In this document: piece after piece, positions 28,337-36,061 of the stretch
How the letters are laid out: each line of letters begins with the position of its first letter
Numbering within the stretch: the first letter of the stretch is position 1
Virus record (IMG/VR): IMGVR_UViG_3300025018_000166
Span: 1-60,790 of that record
Length of the DNA: 60,790 nt
From: a virus
Lineage: Duplodnaviria > Caudoviricetes
Reading direction: 5' to 3' (one strand)
Position numbers and translations under genes: made by a program
The notes under the pieces: model-generated
What the model was told of the DNA's origin: nothing
What the model saw: the letters and a program-made list of their open reading frames with translations, nothing else
Databases searched by the model: none

Positions 28337-28763
28337 CCGGCCTCGACGGCACCCCCGTCCTCATCGGCGCAGGCCCCGCCCTCAAGGTCGCTACCCTGTT
28401 CACCGCATGACCCAGCCCACGCTTGTCAGCCTGTTCGCCGCGAGCGGCGGCGACAGCGACCCGCACGTCGCTCTCGCGCCAACGCTGACCGCCGCGAACG
28501 ACCCAAGCCGTAGCCCGCAGTCCAGCGAAATCACCGCCCAAGTCGCGGCAGTCCACGCAGCTGGGTACGCCGTCCGCCGCCTCACGCCCCGCGAGTGCGA
28601 ACGCCTCCAAGGCTTCCCCGACGACTGGACGGCCCACGACCACAACGGCCGCCCCATCGCCGACACGCACCGCTACCGTATGTGCGGCAACGCCGTGACC
28701 GTGAACGTAATCGAGTGGATCGCCTCGCGCGTGCGCGTCGCCACCGAGCCGCCACCCACTTGA
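28333..28763 (+). pseudogene. internally deleted C5-cytosine methyltransferase remnant
   Basis: LKVATLFT* (28333-28410), then MTQPTLVSLFA joined to VRRLTPRECERLQGFPDDWT..RYRMCGNAVTV (28407-28763); no catalytic PC or ENV motif. Confidence 0.75.
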
Positions 28764-28810
28764 CGTGCGTACGCGCGAGGGCGTACGATGGTGACGGAGG
28801 TACGATCATG
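28760..28810 (+). promoter_or_regulatory. Class-1 cassette, copy 4
   Basis: TTGACGtgcgtacgcgcg..TACGAT..GGAGG..ATG 28808; supplies the upstream TGA. Confidence 0.85.
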
Positions 28811-29044
28811 AGCACGAGCACCCACACCATCGAACTCGCCAAGGGCCAGAGCATGCTGGACCCCACCAGCACCAACGGACGCCGCATCCACGGACCCGCG
28901 CTCGTCACCATCATCCAGTACGCCGACGGTGGCCGCGACGTGAACGTGAGCGACCTGCCGACCGACGCCCTGCGCGACATGCCCGCCGCCGACGAGATCG
29001 TGATGGCCGCAGCCGCGCACGAGCACCCCGCCACGAAGCCATGA
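28808..29044 (+). CDS. small hypothetical protein
   Basis: follows a cassette. Confidence 0.7.
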   Translation: MSTSTHTIELAKGQSMLDPTSTNGRRIHGPALVTIIQYADGGRDVNVSDLPTDALRDMPAADEIVMAAAAHEHPATKP

Positions 29045-29310
29045 GGTGCCCGCCGCTCGAATGGCGCAACACCGCGCGCGGCGCGGGCCGCGATCTGTTC
29101 TGGCGCCTCTACGCCGGAACGACCATGCTCGCAGCGGTCGGCATCGACTACGGCGTGTGGCGCGCCGACGATCCGAGCGCGCGGTGGCGACCACGCGCGC
29201 TCGTGCCGGGCGTCACGTTCTTCAAGAACGAGAGCACGTTGGACGAAGCGAAAACCGTCGCGGAAGCCGCGGTGCGGGCGTGGTTCGAGGCGCTACCCGA
29301 CCCCACTTGA
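29041..29310 (+). CDS. small hypothetical protein
   Basis: ATGA overlap; TLDEAK..AE motif; stop lies within the next -35 box. Confidence 0.7.
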   Translation: MRCPPLEWRNTARGAGRDLFWRLYAGTTMLAAVGIDYGVWRADDPSARWRPRALVPGVTFFKNESTLDEAKTVAEAAVRAWFEALPDPT

Positions 29311-29357
29311 CGTGCGTACGCGCGTCGGCGTACCATGTCGGTGGAGGTAAGACCATG
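29307..29357 (+). promoter_or_regulatory. Class-1 cassette, copy 5
   Basis: TTGACGtgcgtacgcgcg..TACCAT..GGAGG..ATG 29355. Confidence 0.85.
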
Positions 29358-29765
29358 ACGAACACGACGCCCTACATCGACCCCGCCGCCGCCGCCCTCG
29401 ACGCCGCGCCCGACACCGGCCTCCTCGTCCACGTGTTCCGCAGCACGTCCATCGGCGACACCACCAACGGCGGCGTCACCGGCAAGCACAACGCCCTCGT
29501 CCTGCTCGTCCCCGGCCTCGACGCCCCCACCGAACCCGACTACACCCGCCCCGCCCTCGTGTTCGTGGAACGCTACATCGGCGGCAAGCCCGCGCACTTC
29601 GCGATCCCCGCCGCCGACGCGCGCATGCACGACGCCGGGTACACGACCCCAATGTTCGGCGGTCACTTCGTCTGGTCGAGCGACAGCCGATTCCCCACCC
29701 CCGGCCCGATCCCCGTCCACGACCGCTACGAAACCTGGAGCGAGTACGACCGCATGAGCCGCTGA
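29355..29765 (+). CDS. conserved phage hypothetical protein
   Basis: DTTNGGVT..MFGGHFVWSSDSRF..PIPVHDRYE. Confidence 0.8.
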   Translation: MTNTTPYIDPAAAALDAAPDTGLLVHVFRSTSIGDTTNGGVTGKHNALVLLVPGLDAPTEPDYTRPALVFVERYIGGKPAHFAIPAADARMHDAGYTTPMFGGHFVWSSDSRFPTPGPIPVHDRYETWSEYDRMSR

Positions 29766-29783
29766 TCCGAACCCCACCCGATC

Positions 29784-29809
29784 CCGCCCCCGGCCCGCGC
29801 CGGGGGCGG
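29784..29809 (+). terminator. GC hairpin
   Basis: perfect 11-bp stem ccgcccccggc/gccgggggcgg; no clear U-tract. Confidence 0.5.
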
Positions 29810-29986
29810 TACGCTTGAGCCGGGCGCGCGACACCGTGGGAGGCCACGGCACAGCGCGACGGTAAGGGTAGATGGCCGACTCCGCACTCGCCGACCGGCC
29901 TGCCCCGAGTGATCGCTACCGGGATCTCGACCGACCGGCGCGCGCCCACCACCGCCTGCGACGGCGGCGCCCGCTACCGTGAGGGC

Positions 29987-32900
29987 ATGTACCGGCCGAC
30001 GTTCACCGCGGGCTACTACGAAGCGCACCACCCGCGGGTGGGCCGCGTGATCTTCTACGCGACCCTCAGCCCGCTCGAACACGTGACGTTCGCGAAGGCG
30101 GGTGACGCGCCGGACGAGAAGTGGATCACCCTCAAACCGCACGGCCCCGACCACCCCTCGTACGTGCACGTCAAGATCCGACAGCACGTGGACGGCACCG
30201 CCTCGGTCATCACCGGCGCACCCGAACTCCGCGGCCTGCGCCTGAACCGCATGAAGAAGCCGGACGATCCCGACGCCGCACCGAGCGGTGGCCGGAAGGC
30301 GCTGCGCGCCGCCGCGAAGGAACGCGTGGCGGGCCTCAGCGATCAGCAGCGCGAGGTGCGCGCGCAACGGCAGAAGGCGCTGAAGGACAAGGTCGCCGAA
30401 GTCACGAAGCGCGCCGCGTCGCTCGCCAAGGAGTTCACCGGCGGCAGCGACGACGACGACAAGGACGACGAACCGCTCACGAAGGTGCAGACGCGCTTGC
30501 GGCGGCTGGAGCGCGAAACGATTCGCGAACTCGCGCAGGACACCACCGTCCGCGCCGCCGTCCTCGGTCACGACGAAAGCGTGAGCGCCGATCAGGTGCC
30601 CGGCGCCCTGCCGACCGGCAGCGGCACGCGGGGGTACGCGTTCAGCGCCAAGGAAGAAGCCGCGGAGCGCGGCTTCACCCGCGAGGACGCGCGCAAGGAG
30701 GACGACGCGTTCTTTCAGAAGCGCGTGGACGCCGTCCTCGCTACGGACCCGGTGAAGGCCGCACGGATGATCGAGGCGCGCGAGCGCATGCAGGCGCGCC
30801 GCGACGAACGCGAGCAGAACCCGAAGCCGAAGCCGCCGCGGCCGGATCCGGTGAAGCCCGAGCAGTTGGTCGAGAACGCCGCGAAAGCCCGCGAGTACCT
30901 GGGCGCCATGCGGGAACTGCGCGCGATGAAGCGCCAACTCAGGATCACGAACCTCGCGCTCGATCCCGACAGCAGCGACGCCGAACTCGACGCGATGACG
31001 CGCGCCAGCGAACCGCCGAAGGATGCACCGTGGGACGTGAGCGCCAGCACCCTCAGCCCGGAGCACGCGCGGGAGATCGAGAAGGCCGTCAAGGACGCCG
31101 CGGATGAAGACCTCACGCGCGCGTTCCTGGACGCCGCTACCGCCGACGAAGGCATGGGGTGGGGCTACGACCGCATGCGCACCGCCTTGCGCGCACCGCA
31201 CGCGGCGGGCGCGTACGCGCACCTCAACAACCTCGCGCTCGCCACGTACGGCCACGAAGTCCTCGACCGCACCGCGCTCGACATGCTCGGCACGAACGCC
31301 GCCGCGCAACTCCTCGCGCGGCACCTGATCCAGAACCAGACACCCGAAGACCTCGATCTACTCCGCGACGGCTTGGGCGAGTACCACGACCGCAACAGCA
31401 CCGAGCGCATGCGCACCGCCCTCGATGAAGCGCAGGTCGCGCGCGACGCCGCCGCCGAGATGGAAGTCCCCGACATCACCGCGAACGTGGACGCCGTCGT
31501 GGCACGCCGCATGATCCTCGACAAGCGCCGGATGCTGGAGAAGGCGCACCATGCGCTCGGCACCGCGCTCGGGCAGGTCGAAGCGGGCGCCGCGATCAAC
31601 TTCGCGCTCGGTCGCCCGAAGCAAGACCAGTTGATCGTGGACTTGGGCGACACCGACGTCGAGCGCGCCAGCACGAACCTGCGCGCCCTCGGCCTCGATG
31701 ACGGCCAGTACGACTTCCATCGCGACGCCGAAGGGCGCCTGTGGACGTCAATCAACGGCGCGGGCATGGACGCGCTCACGCAGCCAGTGGACCCCGCCGA
31801 AGCCGAACTCGCGGACGCCGTGAACGCGATCAAGGACGGCGCCGAGGACGAAGCCGACTGGCTACCCGCAGGCTTCACGCGGTACCCCGCCAGCGCGTTC
31901 GACAAGAACCCGCCGCTACCCGAAGCGTTCGCTACCAACCCCCTCGCGCCCGACCCCGACGACGACGGCGAACCGAAACCGATCAGCGACCGCATGCGCG
32001 ACGCCGTCGCCAGCCGCCTCGCGGACGGCTGGAACCCCGCCGAAGTGCGCCGGTACCTCACCAGCGAGGGCACCCTGAGCGCGATGCCTACGCACGAGCG
32101 CGCCGAAGCGGAAGCCGCGATCAGCGACCTCATGCCTCTGCGCGACGCCGACGGTGAACCCATCGACTACGCACGCATGCACGAGAAGCACCCGGACGCG
32201 TACGCGACCCTCATGGGCACCGCGACCGACTGGGCGCGCGAGAACAAGCCCGACGAGGCATCGTTCCTCGACCAGCAGATCAGCGACACCGACCCGGACG
32301 TGCACCGCGCGCTGTTCATGGCGATCACCGAGGATCCCGCAACGCAGGTCGCGCACAAGCCCATCGGCACCCTCACCCCGCAAGATCAACGCGCGATCCG
32401 CGGGTACTTCCTCCAGAGCATCGTCGGCCTCAGCCCCGAGCAGATGGCCGAACGTCAGGAGGACGCGGGCAAAGCCGTCGAAGGCTGGGAGAAGGCCACG
32501 AACGCGGACGGCACCATCCGAAACCCCATGCCCGACAAGTTCGTCGGCCTCATGGGCGCCAAACCGAACCCGTACGTGACCCTGCGCCTCAACGTGCCCG
32601 CCCGATCCGACGAGAAGAAGGCGCTCACGAGCATGGGGTTGACGGAGGAGGGCGTGCACTTCGTTCGCGACGCCCAAGGCGAAACGATCACGCTCACCGA
32701 GGAAGGCAAGCGTGCGCTGAAGCCGCCGCCGAGCGCGTGGGCCGACAAGATCAAGGGCTTGGAGGGCTTGAACCCGGCGTACCGCTCGTGGCACGACGAC
32801 CGCAAGAAGGTCGCCGCCGCCGCGTTCAACCCCGACGACACCCCGGAGTGGCGCGACTTCGTCGCGAACGTCGGCGGCGCGCAGCAAGCACAGAAGGTCG

Positions 32901-35900
32901 TGCAACAGCACATGCAGGGCGCCCTCGCGGATCGCTTCCAGCGGTACCACGCGAACCTCACGAAGAAGCCGTTGCGCCTCACGACCCGCCCGAACGATCA
33001 CGGCGACATGCTCATGCGCCTGCAAGACCCCGAGGAGTTCCAGCGCCTCAGCGCCCGAATCAAAGCGGAGCAGGACGAGAGCCGCGTTCGCGAAGGCGGG
33101 AAGTTCGCGGACATGGGCGGCAAGGGCGCCCTCAAGCGCGCGTTCGAGGAGCAGGAGCAGAAGCGTCGCGCCGCCGCCCTCGCGCAAGGCAGCATGTTCG
33201 GCGGCGCCAGTGAGGACAACGGCGGCAAGCGCCCGGATCCGATCCGGCACTTCGAGCGCGTCGCCCTGCCCGACCACATCGCCGCGCGCCTCGGCGCGAT
33301 GACGACCACCGTCGCGGGCAGCATCGGCCCGAACACGAACCCCGTGAACCTCATCCCGGACCTCACGATGGGTAGCGGGACGAAGTTCGTGAAGCAGCAG
33401 CGCGCGATCAAAGCCGCGTTGCGCGCCAAGAAGTTCGCGACCTTCCTCGGCGTCGGGTGCGTGGACGGCGCGACGCTACTCACGGACGCCGTGACGGGCG
33501 AAACCCGGTCGTTCCACGAGTGGATGATCGCGCGCCGCGCGCCGCGCGTGTGGGCACTCGATCAGCAGCAGAAGCCGGTCATCGCGCAGGCGACGGTGCC
33601 GTTCGTGAAGGCGTTCGAGCCGATGTTCGACGTCGCGACCACCGGAGGACGCACGATCCGCGTCGCAGCCGGGCACAAGTTCCTCACGCCCGACGGGTGG
33701 CAGCCGCTCAAGAGCCTTCGCGTCGGCGACGCCGTCGGTACGCCCGCCCGCCTTCGCGGATGCGCTCCTTCCCTTCCGGCGTCCAGTTCGGCACTTGCCC
33801 CTTCAGGGTCGCCGCAAGATGCGCACCGTTCGACTCGTACACCGCCAGGTTCGACGGATCGTTGTTCGCCACGTCCCCGTCCAGGTGATGCACGACCTCA
33901 CGCCGCCGCAACCGGCGCCCTAGCGTGCGCTCCATCACCAACCGATGCTCACGCACGTACCCGTTCGAGTTCGCATGCGGATGGTCCGGTGCACGCACAA
34001 GCCGATACCCATGCTTATCCACAACCACCCCGCCTCCCCATGACGGGTTTCGCTCACCTAGACGCGCCCCTTCGGGAAGCCGCGGGATGCCAAACCGAAT
34101 CGTGGCTTGACGCACCGACTCCGCGCTCGAAAGGCCCAGCGCAGCCGCGATCTCGGACGTGCTCAACCCACGCGCCGCAAGTTCTCGTAGCCGCGCTTCC
34201 TGATCCGCAAGTGGACTCGGCCGACCCTTCCGCGCCGGTGTACCGCCCGCCAACACCAACGCCGTCATCACAAGGCGCTGCGAGCAACCCAGGGCGCGAG
34301 CCAGCGCCGGGCCGCGCTCACCCGCCTCGTAGCGACGCCGGACTTCCTCTTGGAACGCTGGATCGTTCTGCCGACCGTACGGCTTTCGAGGCATGGACGC
34401 AGCATACCTTGGGGTGGGATGCGGTCGAGAGCATCATCGAACGCGCGCCCGACCTTGTGTACGACATCACCGTGCCGCACCACGCGAACTACCTCGCGCA
34501 CGGCATGTGGCACCACAACAGCGGCAAGACCGCCGTCGGGATCGGCGCGTTCACGGAGGCGCACGCGAAGGGACTTGTGCGCAAAGGCATGTTCGTGGTG
34601 CCGAGCATCGTCAGGAACCAGTTCGGCGAGGAGATGGCGCGCACCGTCGAGCCGGGCAAGTTCGGATGGCACGCCGGAGAAGCGAACCTGGACGAGCGCC
34701 TGAAGCAGTATCAGAACCCGGACACGCACATGGTCAGCGTCACGCACCAGGCGTTCCGGGACGACATGGTGACGCTCATGCAGCGCGCGCACGGGTACGA
34801 CGACGCGGACGAAGCCGCGGACGCGTTCCTCGAAGCGGACCCCGGCGAGCGCACGCGGATGCTCAAGAAGGCGCTCGATCAGCACCAGATCCCGATGGAG
34901 TTCCTGATGATGGACGAGGCGCACGACAGCCTCGACCGCGCCGGGAAGGCCGAGAGCCTATTGACCGCCGTCACCGAAACCGCGATGGGCCTCGCGAGCC
35001 ACGCGATCCTCGCGACCGGCAGCCCCGTCAAGAACGACGCCAGCGAAGTCCACTCCTGGCTGAAGAAGTTGGACCCGCAACGGTTTGGGGATCGCGACGA
35101 GTTCATGCGCAAGTACGGCACGGACATGCACGCCAGCGCCGAAGCCCTCAAGCGCCTCATGGGCCGGTACGCGTACTCGGACGTGGTCGCCAGCGGATCG
35201 AGCAAGACCGTGACGTGGGGCGCCGAAGGCGAAAACGGCGACAGCCCGAGCGGGCACGCACGCATCCGCCTCAGCCCGCAGCAGCGCGCCAGCCTCGCGC
35301 ACACCCGCGACGCGTACGAGCGCGCGCGCCGCGCCCGGCAGAACGGCGGCGTGGACGTGGAGGCGCTGAAGGTGCTCACGCCGCGCTCGTTCGAGCGCAC
35401 GAAGCCGGACCAGCACCAGGCACTCGCGAAGCGCCTCAACCGTGCCTTGGGCGCGCTGAAGCACGCCGCCGAGAGCCGGGTCGTGAACGAGGCACCCGCG
35501 GAGCACAACGCGAAGATCCAGCACGTCCTGAAGCTCGCGGACGGGCGCCGCGGGAAGGGCGGCGTCGTGTTCGCGCACAATCGCGCGAGCGTCACGAACC
35601 TCGCCGCGTCGTTAGAGAAGGCCGGGCACAAGGTCGCGACGCTCACCGGCAGCGACAGCAGCGAGCAGAAGGCGCGCATCCGGGAGCGGTTCAAGCGTGG
35701 CGAGATCGACGTCATCGTCGCCAGCGACGCCGCCGCGACCGGCGCGAACCTCCAGGATCGCGGCGAATGGCTCGTGAACTACGACCTGCCGCTCACGTAC
35801 AAGACGCTGGAGCAGCGGAACGCGCGCATCGACCGCCTCGGCCAAACGCGCCACATCGAACTGCACCACCTGATCACGGACGCGGATCACGACACCGACA

Positions 35901-36061
35901 ACCTCGACCGCCTCACCCGCAAGCACGCGCTCGCGGGCATCCTGCAAGGCGAGCACGAGAGCCTGGACGACACCGGCCTCGCGAAGTACCTCAACGTCGC
36001 CGCCGCCGCGCGCACCACCGAACCGCCCGCGCCCGCCGAAGACCAGGGAGGCATGTTCTGA
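29987..36061 (+). CDS. giant virion-type protein with an intein-interrupted SNF2/SF2 helicase
   Basis: GVG|SGKT Walker A split by the intein, MMDEAH, ATGSPVKN, AAATGANLQ, EQRNARIDRLGQ; leaderless TACCGT-6 nt-ATG at 29987. Confidence 0.88.
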   Translation: MYRPTFTAGYYEAHHPRVGRVIFYATLSPLEHVTFAKAGDAPDEKWITLKPHGPDHPSYVHVKIRQHVDGTASVITGAPELRGLRLNRMKKPDDPDAAPSGGRKALRAAAKERVAGLSDQQREVRAQRQKALKDKVAEVTKRAASLAKEFTGGSDDDDKDDEPLTKVQTRLRRLERETIRELAQDTTVRAAVLGHDESVSADQVPGALPTGSGTRGYAFSAKEEAAERGFTREDARKEDDAFFQKRVDAVLATDPVKAARMIEARERMQARRDEREQNPKPKPPRPDPVKPEQLVENAAKAREYLGAMRELRAMKRQLRITNLALDPDSSDAELDAMTRASEPPKDAPWDVSASTLSPEHAREIEKAVKDAADEDLTRAFLDAATADEGMGWGYDRMRTALRAPHAAGAYAHLNNLALATYGHEVLDRTALDMLGTNAAAQLLARHLIQNQTPEDLDLLRDGLGEYHDRNSTERMRTALDEAQVARDAAAEMEVPDITANVDAVVARRMILDKRRMLEKAHHALGTALGQVEAGAAINFALGRPKQDQLIVDLGDTDVERASTNLRALGLDDGQYDFHRDAEGRLWTSINGAGMDALTQPVDPAEAELADAVNAIKDGAEDEADWLPAGFTRYPASAFDKNPPLPEAFATNPLAPDPDDDGEPKPISDRMRDAVASRLADGWNPAEVRRYLTSEGTLSAMPTHERAEAEAAISDLMPLRDADGEPIDYARMHEKHPDAYATLMGTATDWARENKPDEASFLDQQISDTDPDVHRALFMAITEDPATQVAHKPIGTLTPQDQRAIRGYFLQSIVGLSPEQMAERQEDAGKAVEGWEKATNADGTIRNPMPDKFVGLMGAKPNPYVTLRLNVPARSDEKKALTSMGLTEEGVHFVRDAQGETITLTEEGKRALKPPPSAWADKIKGLEGLNPAYRSWHDDRKKVAAAAFNPDDTPEWRDFVANVGGAQQAQKVVQQHMQGALADRFQRYHANLTKKPLRLTTRPNDHGDMLMRLQDPEEFQRLSARIKAEQDESRVREGGKFADMGGKGALKRAFEEQEQKRRAAALAQGSMFGGASEDNGGKRPDPIRHFERVALPDHIAARLGAMTTTVAGSIGPNTNPVNLIPDLTMGSGTKFVKQQRAIKAALRAKKFATFLGVGCVDGATLLTDAVTGETRSFHEWMIARRAPRVWALDQQQKPVIAQATVPFVKAFEPMFDVATTGGRTIRVAAGHKFLTPDGWQPLKSLRVGDAVGTPARLRGCAPSLPASSSALAPSGSPQDAHRSTRTPPGSTDRCSPRPRPGDARPHAAATGALACAPSPTDAHARTRSSSHADGPVHAQADTHAYPQPPRLPMTGFAHLDAPLREAAGCQTESWLDAPTPRSKGPAQPRSRTCSTHAPQVLVAALPDPQVDSADPSAPVYRPPTPTPSSQGAASNPGREPAPGRAHPPRSDAGLPLGTLDRSADRTAFEAWTQHTLGWDAVESIIERAPDLVYDITVPHHANYLAHGMWHHNSGKTAVGIGAFTEAHAKGLVRKGMFVVPSIVRNQFGEEMARTVEPGKFGWHAGEANLDERLKQYQNPDTHMVSVTHQAFRDDMVTLMQRAHGYDDADEAADAFLEADPGERTRMLKKALDQHQIPMEFLMMDEAHDSLDRAGKAESLLTAVTETAMGLASHAILATGSPVKNDASEVHSWLKKLDPQRFGDRDEFMRKYGTDMHASAEALKRLMGRYAYSDVVASGSSKTVTWGAEGENGDSPSGHARIRLSPQQRASLAHTRDAYERARRARQNGGVDVEALKVLTPRSFERTKPDQHQALAKRLNRALGALKHAAESRVVNEAPAEHNAKIQHVLKLADGRRGKGGVVFAHNRASVTNLAASLEKAGHKVATLTGSDSSEQKARIRERFKRGEIDVIVASDAAATGANLQDRGEWLVNYDLPLTYKTLEQRNARIDRLGQTRHIELHHLITDADHDTDNLDRLTRKHALAGILQGEHESLDDTGLAKYLNVAAAARTTEPPAPAEDQGGMF
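33458..34519 (+). mobile_element. 354-aa intein in helicase motif I
   Basis: CVDGAT N-terminus, AAGHKFLTPDGW block B, VYDITVPHHANYLAHGMWHHN|S C-terminus. Confidence 0.93.
33708..34394 (-). CDS. HTH-HNH homing endonuclease encoded antisense within the intein
   Basis: two HTH segments, NPSWGGG..GY..HPHA..GYVREHRLVME..LGR.L..EVVHHLDGDVANNDPSNL; TATGCT 6 nt before ATG on -. Confidence 0.88.
   Translation of the reverse strand: MPRKPYGRQNDPAFQEEVRRRYEAGERGPALARALGCSQRLVMTALVLAGGTPARKGRPSPLADQEARLRELAARGLSTSEIAAALGLSSAESVRQATIRFGIPRLPEGARLGERNPSWGGGVVVDKHGYRLVRAPDHPHANSNGYVREHRLVMERTLGRRLRRREVVHHLDGDVANNDPSNLAVYESNGAHLAATLKGQVPNWTPEGKERIREGGRAYRRRRRREGS

Noticed and set aside
29810-29960. Possible ncRNA or tRNA in the intergenic gap
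   Set aside because: No cloverleaf or recognisable RNA family; only short GC stems expected at this composition
34393-36060. N-terminal extension of the 1800-aa track ORF
   Set aside because: Arg-rich off-frame read of the helicase; the credible start is ATG 36061 with an RBS and stop-start coupling
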